A stretch of DNA of 64,000 bases from assembly GCA_041749475.1 (NCBI GenBank), contig JBGTBD010000034.1, positions 11,214-75,213 on the forward strand. The letters are read 5' to 3'. This stretch comes from Rickettsiales bacterium (GTDB lineage Bacteria; Pseudomonadota; Alphaproteobacteria; Rickettsiales; UBA998). Positions 16,273 to 26,034 of this stretch are shown piece by piece. The position numbers and the translations under genes were made by a program. Under the pieces are notes generated by a model. It was not told where the DNA came from. It saw only the letters and a list, made by a program, of their open reading frames with translations, and ran no database searches. Within the stretch, counting starts at the first letter, position 1; every line of letters starts with the position of its first letter.

Positions 16273-17511
16273 ATGCCTCAGAATGCCGCTGCCCTCCGTC
16301 CCGTTGAAACAGAATTGGATTATGATGCCGTCTTCACCCGCGCCATCACCAAGCTGAAAGCCGAAGGCCGCTATCGCTACTTCAACGACCTGGAACGCAT
16401 CGCCGGGAAGTTCCCCTACGCTTGGAGCCATACCTACCAGAAAGAAATCGTGATCTGGTGCGGCAATGACTATCTCGGCATGGGCCAGCATCCTAAGGTC
16501 ACGAGCGCGATGAAACACGCGATTGATACGATGGGCGCAGGCGCAGGCGGCACACGCAATATCTCCGGCTCACACCATGCCGTCACCGGTCTGGAATCCG
16601 CCCTTGCCGACCTCCACCAGAAAGAAGCCGCGCTCGTCTTCAGCAGCGGGTATGTCGCCAATGAAGCCGCACTCAGCACTATCCCGAGCTTGCTCAAAGA
16701 CTGCGTCGTCTATTCCGATGCGTGTAACCATGCCTCAATGATCCATGGCATTCGCTATAGCGGTGCCGAGAAACAGATTTTCCGTCACAACGACCTGGCA
16801 CATCTACGCCAACTCCTCGCCGACACCGCACCCGAGCGCCCTAAACTCATAGCCTTCGAGTCCGTCTATTCGATGGATGGTGACGTGGGCCATATCAATG
16901 CCATCTGCGACTTGGCGGATGAATTCAACGCGCTGACCTATCTTGATGAAGTCCACGCGGTGGGCATGTACGGCCCGCGCGGCGGCGGCATCGCTGAGCG
17001 TGACGGTATCCTCGACCGGCTCGACGTGATTCAGGGAACATTAGGCAAAGCCTTCGGCGTCATGGGTGGCTATATCACGGCCTCGAAAACCATCGTCGAT
17101 GCCGTGCGCAGCTACGCCGCCGGGTTTATCTTCACCACCACCATGCCCCCCGCGATGGCCGCCGGGGCCGAAGCCAGCATCCGCCACCTGATGGAAAGCA
17201 CCACCGAGCGCCAGCAGCATCAGGCCAACGTCGCTAAACTGAAAGCGATGCTCAAGGAAAAGAACATCCCGTACATGCCGACCGATACCCACATTATCCC
17301 CGTCAAGATCGGTGATCCCGTCCTATGCCGCGCGGCAAGCGAGTTGTTGGTGGAAGAGCACGGTATCTACGTCCAGCCCATCAACTTCCCCACCGTCCCC
17401 CGCGGCACGGAACGCCTGCGCATCACCCCCACCCCCCTCCATACGCCGGAGATGCTGGAAGAGTTCGTGAACGCGCTGGATACGGTGTTCAAGCAGCTGA
17501 AGCTGAAGTAA
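16273..17511 (+). CDS. hemA: 5-aminolevulinate synthase
   Basis: [17 protein letters not shown]...[17 protein letters not shown]...ESVYSMDGD...TLGKAFG (PLP lysine region). The ATG is 3 nt after the ctaA stop. Confidence 0.95.
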   Translation: MPQNAAALRPVETELDYDAVFTRAITKLKAEGRYRYFNDLERIAGKFPYAWSHTYQKEIVIWCGNDYLGMGQHPKVTSAMKHAIDTMGAGAGGTRNISGSHHAVTGLESALADLHQKEAALVFSSGYVANEAALSTIPSLLKDCVVYSDACNHASMIHGIRYSGAEKQIFRHNDLAHLRQLLADTAPERPKLIAFESVYSMDGDVGHINAICDLADEFNALTYLDEVHAVGMYGPRGGGIAERDGILDRLDVIQGTLGKAFGVMGGYITASKTIVDAVRSYAAGFIFTTTMPPAMAAGAEASIRHLMESTTERQQHQANVAKLKAMLKEKNIPYMPTDTHIIPVKIGDPVLCRAASELLVEEHGIYVQPINFPTVPRGTERLRITPTPLHTPEMLEEFVNALDTVFKQLKLK

Positions 17512-17563
17512 GCCCTTTTTCATCTGATTCGGTGCTTACGCTCTGCCTTCTCCCCCCATCCTC

Positions 17564-17682
17564 GTCATTCCCGTTGCAGGCGGGAATCCAGCGCACCGCG
17601 TCTGCGGTGCAGGAAAACCATTTAAATATGTATTTCGCGCCCACGGCGCTCTCGACTAGATTCCCGCTTTCGCGGGCATGAC
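17564..17682. repeat. Palindromic MITE/REP-like element, family B (GTCATTCCCG...CGGGAATCC arms)
   Basis: Left arm GTCATTCCCGTTGCAGGCGGGAATCC (17564-17589). The right arm AGATTCCCGCTTTCGCGGGCATGAC (17658-17682) is its inverted copy. Each arm is itself a hairpin. A second copy is at 41194-41260. Confidence 0.75.
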
Positions 17683-17773
17683 AAGAACGAGATACGAATA
17701 ATTTTACCCATATTTGAGACACATCCCGCCAATAGTTAATTTTATATTAACAAAACAGGTGTAGTGTTAAACC

Positions 17774-17920
17774 ATGCTTCTCATCTTCTCCATCATCCTC
17801 ATACTATGTGCCGGATTCTTCGTCCTGGTACAGGTGAGATCCATGCACGCTGCGGCGGAGCAGTATCAGGGACAATACGCTCACGCATGGTTTGCAGAGG
17901 ATCTAATGGATGAGGAGTGA
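17774..17920 (+). CDS. Possible 48-aa small membrane protein
   Basis: MLLIFSIILILCAGFFVLVQVRS... has one TM helix. A strong terminator follows 30 nt downstream. It is too short for the ORF track. Confidence 0.35.
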   Translation: MLLIFSIILILCAGFFVLVQVRSMHAAAEQYQGQYAHAWFAEDLMDEE

Positions 17921-17950
17921 ATGAGGGGCATACGCATAGGTCAACCTCAC

Positions 17951-17983
17951 AAAAAAGGCCCGCTGTAAAAAGCGGGCCTTTTC
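17951..17983. terminator. Bidirectional Rho-independent terminator
   Basis: AAAAAAGGCCCGCT-GTAAAA-AGCGGGCCTTTT. It can serve the small ORF (+) and the phasin gene (-). Confidence 0.75.
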
Positions 17984-18005
17984 CTTGTGTCGTTTTGGGC
18001 TGAGA

Positions 18006-18848
18006 CTATGCAGCAGCCAGCGTACGGGTCATGCGATCTGTGGCATCGGCCATACGCTCACTGATCGGCTCAGCGGCTTTTGAAGCCATCTGGAACATCA
18101 TCTCGGAGATTTTCGCGGTCTCGTTGAAAACGCCGTCAATGTTAGATTTGAAGATTTTGCTTTGCAGTTCGAACATATCGTTCAGCGTGCGGCACGCGAA
18201 GATCTCTTGCGAGAGTTCGACGTTCTGGGAGAAGATGTCGTTCGCGAAATTGAACATCTCTTCGCTCATCGTCTTGGAGATGCCGGCAGCGATATTGCCG
18301 CACTCGACGACTGCTTCGATATTGTCCTGGCTCATCGCCATCGCGTCGTTCATGGAACGTGCGGCAGCGTCAGCGGAACGGGTGACGTGTTGAACGCTCT
18401 CACGGCTCATGGAGAACATTTTCTCTTGCGCTTTCTGAGCTTCTTTCGCGCCGGTGGACATGATGTCCTTCACGGCCGTTGTGCCTTTACGGGCAGCGCC
18501 GGTGGCAGCGGATTTGGCGGATGCGGGCTGGAACGCCGCGCCCCAATTGGCCATGCTCGGCATACCTTGCATACCGCCACCGAAGGCTTTGGTCATCTTC
18601 TCGGTATTGTCGGAGGCCCTGCTGAACATATTAGCGAAAGGCTGGAAGTTCTGTGCTGCCTGCATGAATGGATTGTCCATCGTGGTGCGGGTAGCGCGCT
18701 CAGCCGTGCGGCGAGCGAACTTCTGTTGTGCGTCGGCGGTCTTGGAAAAAGTGTCCGTCGCTTTGGAAATGGTGCTGGTCGCTTTGCGCGCGGTGGTGCG
18801 TTTTGCAGTGCTACGACGAGCGGTGCTACGTTTACGTTTCGGGGCCAT
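18006..18848 (-). CDS. Phasin-family protein with highly basic histone-like N-terminal extension
   Basis: An AGGAG lies 7 nt before the ATG at 18848. The N-terminus is MAPKRKRSTARRSTAKRTTARKATST.... The C-terminal part, NIEAVVECGNIAAGISKTMSEEMFNFANDIF...CRTLNDMFELQSKIFKSNIDGVFNETAKISEMMFQMASKAAEPISERM, fits the Phasin_2 pattern. Confidence 0.7.
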   Translation of the reverse strand: MAPKRKRSTARRSTAKRTTARKATSTISKATDTFSKTADAQQKFARRTAERATRTTMDNPFMQAAQNFQPFANMFSRASDNTEKMTKAFGGGMQGMPSMANWGAAFQPASAKSAATGAARKGTTAVKDIMSTGAKEAQKAQEKMFSMSRESVQHVTRSADAAARSMNDAMAMSQDNIEAVVECGNIAAGISKTMSEEMFNFANDIFSQNVELSQEIFACRTLNDMFELQSKIFKSNIDGVFNETAKISEMMFQMASKAAEPISERMADATDRMTRTLAAA

Positions 18849-19050
18849 GTGTATCTCCTTTATGTGAGCCTTGAAATAATCTTCAGCCGGGCAAAACTCA
18901 TTGAACGAAAACCCAACCAATTTCGATTGCGTCGACATATAGCACCCCACCCCCCCACGCGCAAGGTTTTTTTGCACTGCAATATTAACTGTTTACCGGG
19001 AATTGTATGCTGAACATAAAGGGGGCATAAATACGCGATTAAAACAGCGC

Positions 19051-21969
19051 TTAATAATTCCATTCTTTGATGCGTTCGAGATGCGCATAATCGTTAAACG
19101 TTAATCCCTGTTGCTGATGCGGCAGGGCGATAAATGGCGCATGTTCGGAGAGGAAATAACGCAACAGTTCGAGACACCCATGACGCGCTTCCGAAACGAT
19201 AGTTTCGACCGTCTTTTTCGTCCCTCCCATTGCGGTGATATTCAGCAAATCAGCACCCCCTAATTTCCAATATTCCAGACCCGAAACCTGCACCCCGGTC
19301 ATGTCCTCCAGCACGAATGCTTCGACCGATAATTGCGGTGATATTCCCAACTCGACATCCGCTTTCGACGGTACGGTTCCCGTCTTATAATCGATGATGG
19401 TCGCACCCCCCTCCGCCGTTGCTTCAATACGATCTGCATGCGCTTTAATCACGACTGGAGTTGGCAGTGCATATTCATGCTTCAATTGCACTTCCGCCGT
19501 CACTGAAATTCCTCTCTCATCGCGCCGGGTTTTCTCCTCCGCGATGAACGCAGCGACCACGGCGACAAATTTCGGCCACCAGAAAATCTGCACATGCGGC
19601 TCATCGTTGAACGCCGCAAAATGCTGTGTACCGAATGCGAGCAATTGCGCCTCCGCATCCTCCGGTAATATGTCCGGATATGCCTGCACGAACGATCTCA
19701 GCGCGGCATGGAACGCCGTACCGTACACGCTGCGCTCAAGCTCGGTATCCAACGCGTCCAGCGGTTTGATGTTCAGTATCTTCTCCGCATAGAACGCGTA
19801 CGGATCGCGCATCAACTTCTCGATACCCGTCGGCGAATATTGCACGGGACGTGTATGAAGTGGCGGTGCAAATTCCGGTGGCGCGAAACGCACCTCCTGC
19901 GCCTGCGCTATCTTCTGCACCGCCCAATACTTCCAGTGCGATGTGCGCGCTTTCCATGTGTCCACATCCACACCCTGCACCGCCAGAAATGTCTCGATAC
20001 GTTGCCACCATCGCGTCGCCTGTAACGTCACTCCTTTGCACTGCGTCGTGCGCGTCAAAAACACTTCCGCGCCTGTACCAAGTTGAACCACATCATGCGC
20101 AGCTAACCCGACCTGTTGTTCGATGCCCGGCAAGCCAACACGTTGCTGCATAGCGACACTTAACCACGCATTGAAATGCGGAGCACCCGGCCATGAATCT
20201 TCGTTCATTCCGGCGAGTATCATCCGGTCCGCACATTGCATCCGCGCTTCCATCGGACTGAGGATGTCGATACGCGCATCATTGGCGAACGGGGGGCGGT
20301 AATGTTCTTCCCCCAACACCTGCACTAATATGCCCCGATATGTAGTGCGTGACATCGCCCCCAACGCCTCTGCGCTATCTTGCAATCGGGTGATAGTTTT
20401 CAGCAGCGCCATCGCGTCATGACGCTGCCAGAAATCACCTGTATGTTCTGGTGCAGAACTGACCGCATCTTTCAACCATCCAAGATGCCGCGCAAGGAAG
20501 GTTCCGAACGTCGCCTGCGATTCCTGTTTCGCCTCCTGCCGTAGGGTCAGAATACGCGCGGCAAATACTTTCGCATCGGGTGAGAGCGTTGCCGACATAC
20601 TCGCCTTATAAAGCACCCGCTCCAGACTCTCAGGCATATGATTGCGCAACACGCCTATCTCTAATTCGCGCGCGATGACGCGCACCTGCCCCGGTGATAT
20701 GCCGAACAACGCAAGCGGATGTTTGAGCAGCGCCAGCAACGCCGCACTGCCTTTGTCCAATAACAACACATCCGCCAGATGCAGGAACATACGCGCCGCC
20801 GCCGTCTGAATCAAAGGCTTGCCCGCCGAGTCATTAGCGATGATGCCATAGGCTTTCAAATGCTCCCCCACCCGCCGCGCAAGCGTACGGTCATGGGTGA
20901 CGAGCAATGCTTTCTTATCCTTCTGCTCCATCGTTTCACGCAGCAGCAACGTGATGGCTAACGCTTCCTCTTCCTCGCTATCGCATTCGAGGAGGTGGAG
21001 TGCATCGAGCACATCGTCCCACGACTCCCTTCTCTCCTCATGCCAATGCACCATAGAGTCCGTCGGCAACATCGCGTGCGACCACAGGGCGCGGAAATGC
21101 GCATGGGGGTTGCCCCCCATCGGCAATAACTCCTCGACAGCCGCGCCCTTCAACCCGCAATGCGCGATCAACCGCACCATCCCCCATTGCGGATGGGAAG
21201 GCGACAGCGCGTCCTGCAATGTCCCGTCCATCCCGCTATCGAACCCTGGAAGGATCAGCTTCCCTTCCGGCAACCTGCTGATGGTGCATATCAGATCAGC
21301 CGTCGCGGGGATGCTCCCCGTCGTCCCGGCGACGATGACGGGCGTGGCGGGCGGCGCATCGTCCCACGCCTGTTTCAACATCCCCAGCATCATGTTCCGC
21401 CGTTGGAGCGAATCCACCTTCCCTTCGCGGGCGAGCTGCTTCGGCCACCAGTCGAACACGATATCGAGCAGTTCCAGCGATAATTCCCAGTGATGGGCAT
21501 ATTCCTGCGGTGCGAGTGCACGGATGCGCGCATAGGGAACCTGCTCCCGGTCGCAACTATCGAGCAGCTCCGCAAGCGACCCCGCCAGACCAATCGCCTG
21601 CTCCTCCGGCAACTCCTGTTCCTTATTGCGGTAATATTCGGTGATCTTGCGACGGAGATGGCCAAGGCGGGTCAGCGGCGGCATCACCTCGGGAATATCC
21701 GCGAGCATTGCATCCCGCCCATACAGCAACTCCGGTATCAATGCGTCAATATCCGCATCCCCTAACGCCTGTATGCGTGGCAATAATAGCGGCTTTCCTC
21801 CCGTCTGCCGGAAAAACGCATCCCTGAGTGCCAGCGTCGAGCGGCGGGAGGGCAGGAAAATCAGGCAACGGCTAAGCGCCACCGGGTCATCGCCATACCA
21901 CCCCAGCATATGCTCCGCCAGCGCATCCCCAAAACTTATCCCCGCAGGAATTGTGTAGATTTTATTCAT
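19051..21969 (-). CDS. addB: Double-strand break repair protein AddB (alphaproteobacterial type)
   Basis: MNKIYTIPAGISFGDALAEHML...IFLPSRRS N-terminus. C-terminal PD-(D/E)XK nuclease motif HADRIE...IIDYKTG. GGAG RBS before the ATG at 21969. Confidence 0.9.
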   Translation of the reverse strand: MNKIYTIPAGISFGDALAEHMLGWYGDDPVALSRCLIFLPSRRSTLALRDAFFRQTGGKPLLLPRIQALGDADIDALIPELLYGRDAMLADIPEVMPPLTRLGHLRRKITEYYRNKEQELPEEQAIGLAGSLAELLDSCDREQVPYARIRALAPQEYAHHWELSLELLDIVFDWWPKQLAREGKVDSLQRRNMMLGMLKQAWDDAPPATPVIVAGTTGSIPATADLICTISRLPEGKLILPGFDSGMDGTLQDALSPSHPQWGMVRLIAHCGLKGAAVEELLPMGGNPHAHFRALWSHAMLPTDSMVHWHEERRESWDDVLDALHLLECDSEEEEALAITLLLRETMEQKDKKALLVTHDRTLARRVGEHLKAYGIIANDSAGKPLIQTAAARMFLHLADVLLLDKGSAALLALLKHPLALFGISPGQVRVIARELEIGVLRNHMPESLERVLYKASMSATLSPDAKVFAARILTLRQEAKQESQATFGTFLARHLGWLKDAVSSAPEHTGDFWQRHDAMALLKTITRLQDSAEALGAMSRTTYRGILVQVLGEEHYRPPFANDARIDILSPMEARMQCADRMILAGMNEDSWPGAPHFNAWLSVAMQQRVGLPGIEQQVGLAAHDVVQLGTGAEVFLTRTTQCKGVTLQATRWWQRIETFLAVQGVDVDTWKARTSHWKYWAVQKIAQAQEVRFAPPEFAPPLHTRPVQYSPTGIEKLMRDPYAFYAEKILNIKPLDALDTELERSVYGTAFHAALRSFVQAYPDILPEDAEAQLLAFGTQHFAAFNDEPHVQIFWWPKFVAVVAAFIAEEKTRRDERGISVTAEVQLKHEYALPTPVVIKAHADRIEATAEGGATIIDYKTGTVPSKADVELGISPQLSVEAFVLEDMTGVQVSGLEYWKLGGADLLNITAMGGTKKTVETIVSEARHGCLELLRYFLSEHAPFIALPHQQQGLTFNDYAHLERIKEWNY

Positions 21970-22034
21970 GACGTCTCCTTCATGGAAATTTAACGCCAAT
22001 TTGAAAAGATGAACAGCCGTAATATATATAGTGT

Positions 22035-23717
22035 ATGAGTGTGACCGAGATGAGCGAACTGGAACAATCCCTCAAGAGCGAACTGGAATTCATCTGGGCG
22101 GCGCATACGTCCGTCGGGCTGGAGGGCTTTATGGCCGTCTATACCGACCCGACGCAGGACGTCTGGCGCTCGAAGGATGCAGGCCAACGCCTGATGTTCG
22201 GGCCTGACCAGACGGACGAGGCCATCGCCTTCGTCCTCAAGCATTATAATGACGGCAAGCTTCCAAACTCTTCGCCCCTGCTCAATCCCATCATCCATCA
22301 CAAACAGGCGGATGGCAGCTACATCCCCGTCGGCAGCGGCGTCTTCTGGAGCACAGCATTCACGCTCGGCATCGCCAAATTGTCCGACGATCAGGAACGC
22401 CGCCCGCGTGATCTCGGCATCTTCACGAGCCACATGCATCGCGGCGAGGAAAAAAAGACCGGGCTGAAACTACTCGGCGTTTCCAAGACCGCCCTTCCCG
22501 TCACCCCCGATGGCCGCACCGTCACCGGCTGCCGTGAGGTTTACGAACTCACCGACATCCAGTCGGACATGTACTGGCCCTTCTATATCTTCTCCGGCAT
22601 GAGCTATCTCTGTATGCACGGTCTGTTCAATCATCCCTCATGGGCGTCCATGCTGCCGGAAAACCTCACCGGCAAACCCGCTTCCGAGGTCGTCAAGGAT
22701 ACGGCTATCGACATCCAGTCCCTCATCGACGCCAACACCTGCTGGAATTCCTACGACCGTCACCCCACCCTCTATGACCGCTTCGGGACGGATACGAACA
22801 ACATCGAGCATAATAATCGTTTCTATAACCTCTGCGCGCGTGACCTCCATCTGTTCGACCGCACGGGGCCGATGCGCAAAGGCGCGGAGGAAAAATTCGA
22901 ATTCGTCGTTCCCGGCTATATCCCACGCGGCGCGGTATCGCTCCTTGCAGCGGCGGGGGGAACGGGGAAAAGCTCCGTCGCCCACATGCTCTGCGTGATG
23001 TCGTCCATTGATTACAGGCCGGACGAGGAAGCCCCCGTCTGGCTCGGCCAGACCCTGAACCCGGAAGTCACCAAAGGCATATGCGTGTATTTCTCAGGCG
23101 AGGACGGCCCGGCGATCATCAACGCCCGCGGCCAGCTCTTCGACCCCGAAGGCCGCGCCCAGCGCCTTCAGTTCCACCGCACCGAATTTCAGGATCAGGA
23201 GATGTCCTTCGGCGATTATCTCCGGGGCCTGATGAAAATGCCCGATGTCTCCATCGTCGTCATCGACCCCGCGCGTAAATATTTGAACGGCGACGAGAAC
23301 GATGCCGACGTCGTCAGTGAATTCTTCGAAGCCATCGAGGAATTCGCCATCCGCAAGAACTGCGCAATGCTCGTCGTCCACCACTTGCAGAAGGGTGCAA
23401 ACCCGCAATCCGTGCGTGAAGTCCGTGATGAACTGCGCGGCTCACAAGTCTTCATCGACCGTCCCCGCTGTATCCTCGGCATGTATCGTGACGATAAACA
23501 TACCGTGATGGGCGTCGCCAAGACCAACATCCCCCCCAACCTCGGCATGGTGCTGGACGAGCGTAAATTCACAAGAAATCCCAAAAACTTACGCCTCATC
23601 TGGCTCCCTGAGGAAACCAAGAAGGCATTTCTGGAGGAAGACGAACTCCAACGCCTCGAAGCCGAGGAATTCCAGAAGCTTGCCGACGAAGCCAAAGCCG
23701 CCGCTGAAAAAAAATAA
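22035..23717 (+). CDS. RepA-like RecA-superfamily ATPase (AAA_25-type) with uncharacterised 290-aa N-terminal domain
   Basis: Walker A AAAGGTGKSS, Walker B VSIVVIDP, and MLVVHHLQKG, which is typical of AAA_25/RepA-like helicase-loader proteins of plasmids and phages. The N-terminal half matches no family I recognise. Confidence 0.6.
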   Translation: MSVTEMSELEQSLKSELEFIWAAHTSVGLEGFMAVYTDPTQDVWRSKDAGQRLMFGPDQTDEAIAFVLKHYNDGKLPNSSPLLNPIIHHKQADGSYIPVGSGVFWSTAFTLGIAKLSDDQERRPRDLGIFTSHMHRGEEKKTGLKLLGVSKTALPVTPDGRTVTGCREVYELTDIQSDMYWPFYIFSGMSYLCMHGLFNHPSWASMLPENLTGKPASEVVKDTAIDIQSLIDANTCWNSYDRHPTLYDRFGTDTNNIEHNNRFYNLCARDLHLFDRTGPMRKGAEEKFEFVVPGYIPRGAVSLLAAAGGTGKSSVAHMLCVMSSIDYRPDEEAPVWLGQTLNPEVTKGICVYFSGEDGPAIINARGQLFDPEGRAQRLQFHRTEFQDQEMSFGDYLRGLMKMPDVSIVVIDPARKYLNGDENDADVVSEFFEAIEEFAIRKNCAMLVVHHLQKGANPQSVREVRDELRGSQVFIDRPRCILGMYRDDKHTVMGVAKTNIPPNLGMVLDERKFTRNPKNLRLIWLPEETKKAFLEEDELQRLEAEEFQKLADEAKAAAEKK

Positions 23718-23797
23718 CCCTTTGTCATAAAAGGGTCATATTGCTTCGTTAAACTGCTAGTATAAAGTAATCTTACGATACACAAAGGTTAGGGATT

Positions 23798-25102
23798 ATG
23801 GGAAAAGATAACATATTCAGTGATTTTGCTGATTCTATGGACAGCTTAACTGACGGCCTAAAAGAAATTACCGGATTTGGCAAAAGAGGCTCCAAAGATG
23901 TTCGTGGACTTTTCGACAATGTAGGACGCACAATGAGCGTTGATCCAGCCAAACGGGGGGCACAAGCCGAGGGCTGGCATGCTCGTGAAGAAGGCTCCCT
24001 ATGGAAGCGAGATGTATTTATTGGCAGACGTCTGGACACACAGGCGGGCAATGAGATAAGTGGTGTGAAACTGCATAAAGCACGGAAATGGGCCGATTAC
24101 CAGCATGAGCTCCTTGAAGGGGGCGGCCGGTACGTCGACCCTAACCAAAGTAGGCCCCGCTATCAACTCCAATCCGCGGATGGCGATGGCCTGGACACAT
24201 CCTTGTACCAAGAGGCCGTCCTTCAGGATGGCCGGATGACCGCACCCCAAGTAGGCGGCGGCCGTCGCGAGGATGCATTCGGCGTTGACCCGGAAACCTA
24301 CGCCGCTCGTCAGCAGTTCCGTGCCGCATTAAGTGCCGAGGACGGCATGTTTGGTGATTCCTATCGTGGTGGTGACGAAGCGACCCTTTCCGCCAAAACC
24401 GTGATTAAGTTACGCGAACAGGCGGAGGCTCTTTCTCCGGGAGATCGTCAGGCGCTGAAGCAATCGTTAAGACGTGTCGGACTGGCGACGGATTCCTTTG
24501 TCATGACCGACTCTTCCCCAGACCAAATCGCCGCAGGCCTTGCCGCGATTGCCTCCACCCTGCCCCGTCAGGATCGGGAGAGGCTGGAAAAAGGCATGGA
24601 TGCAGATTACTTACTAGCTAGCGACCACGAGAGAAAAGGCTTCGATATACTTGCCAGCCTTGCTGTATATACCGACGAGGCATTGAGTGCATCTAGAGAA
24701 ACGCGTGGTACGGGGCCGCGTCCGCTGGTATCCAGTGATGCACGGGCACAGAGCGCAAGTCTGGGTGCAGTCGGCACTGACCCCATAATCGCCATTGCTC
24801 AACACTCTGCTAAAGACCCTGCCTTGCGCGATGGACTAATCAACAAAGGTGATAAAGGTGGAATGGTGGCGCAAATCCAGATGGCTCTGGACGCTGCCGG
24901 CTATAACCTAGGTATTAACGGTGTGGATGCAAATTTCGGCAAAGACACGAAAAACGCTGCTATTAATGCTGGAAAAGACTTGGAATCATTAGGTGTCAGC
25001 AACAATATAGATAGCACTGGTGCTATTTCTCCTGAAGATATGGTAAAACTTGTTGAGAATCTGCCCCGACTGCAAGCGAAGAATGCCGGACAGGAAATCT
25101 AA
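23798..25102 (+). CDS. Hypothetical protein with C-terminal PG_binding_1-like domain
   Basis: GDKGGMVAQIQMALDAAGYNLGINGVDANFGKDTKNAAINAGKDL resembles the PG_binding_1 motif. There is no signal peptide, and the rest is unrecognised. Confidence 0.55.
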   Translation: MGKDNIFSDFADSMDSLTDGLKEITGFGKRGSKDVRGLFDNVGRTMSVDPAKRGAQAEGWHAREEGSLWKRDVFIGRRLDTQAGNEISGVKLHKARKWADYQHELLEGGGRYVDPNQSRPRYQLQSADGDGLDTSLYQEAVLQDGRMTAPQVGGGRREDAFGVDPETYAARQQFRAALSAEDGMFGDSYRGGDEATLSAKTVIKLREQAEALSPGDRQALKQSLRRVGLATDSFVMTDSSPDQIAAGLAAIASTLPRQDRERLEKGMDADYLLASDHERKGFDILASLAVYTDEALSASRETRGTGPRPLVSSDARAQSASLGAVGTDPIIAIAQHSAKDPALRDGLINKGDKGGMVAQIQMALDAAGYNLGINGVDANFGKDTKNAAINAGKDLESLGVSNNIDSTGAISPEDMVKLVENLPRLQAKNAGQEI

Positions 25103-25217
25103 TTTCCATCTGGCATCATTCCTGCATCACATACTCTAAAGTTATCTTAATCAAAGGTTAAACACGCCTCTTTTTAATGCGTGACCTGTTAAGATACGCT
25201 ATAGAGGAGATAAGTGA

Positions 25218-25973
25218 ATGTCCCAACTGGTGTTTTCCGATATGCCGAATAGTTATGACCGCAAGGGCAAACCCCGCACCACGCTGCTGGAGGAAGCCTT
25301 CTCGCTGAACGTCACCGGCGGCAAGAAGCGCTTACCCGACCGTATCGCGATGCTCGGTATCCCCGATGACGAGATGACCGAATCCGTCACCCTCGCCCTT
25401 TCCGCCATTTTCGAGAAGCTGGATGATTCGCAGGTCGAACTGCGTCAGGCGAAGGAACAATTGAAGGAGATGGAATCGCTGGTCGATGTCGATCTCTTGG
25501 CCCCCATCCCCAACCTCCGCGCCTTCATGCGCCGCCTGACATGGGTCGTCTCCATGCTCAACCGCTATAACCACCCGTCGACGATCGTCTATTTCGATCT
25601 TAACGGGTTCAAGCAGATAAATGACACATTCGGCCACGCCGCCGGGGATATGGCCATCCGCCACGTCGCCGACCTGCTCACCCGCTCCAAGCGCGAATCC
25701 GATTTCCTCGCCCGCTTAGGGGGAGATGAATTTGCCATCATCATGTACTACGCCAATTCCGAAGCCGCCGAAAAACGCGGCCACGCCATCGCCGAGAAAC
25801 TGCGCCTGTCACCCTTCATCTTCAACGGTCAGCCGTTGCACCTCTCCACGGCAGTCGGCATCCATAATATCGTGCGTGGCGAAACACCGGAGCAGGCACT
25901 CGCCTCCGCCGACACATCCATGTTCAAAAACAAACGCTCACAATCCCGTGAGACGACGATGATGGACGCATAA
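25218..25973 (+). CDS. Diguanylate cyclase (GGDEF domain, intact A- and I-sites)
   Basis: AGGAG RBS. FDLNGFKQINDTFGHAAGD...RESDFLARLGGDEFAII (RxxD-x5-GGDEF). The N-terminus is a short coiled coil. Confidence 0.9.
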   Translation: MSQLVFSDMPNSYDRKGKPRTTLLEEAFSLNVTGGKKRLPDRIAMLGIPDDEMTESVTLALSAIFEKLDDSQVELRQAKEQLKEMESLVDVDLLAPIPNLRAFMRRLTWVVSMLNRYNHPSTIVYFDLNGFKQINDTFGHAAGDMAIRHVADLLTRSKRESDFLARLGGDEFAIIMYYANSEAAEKRGHAIAEKLRLSPFIFNGQPLHLSTAVGIHNIVRGETPEQALASADTSMFKNKRSQSRETTMMDA

Positions 25974-26034
25974 CATCCAACAGCCCGCACACTACGTCCC
26001 TACGGCGCTTTCACAAGAGTATGATCTGTGGGAC

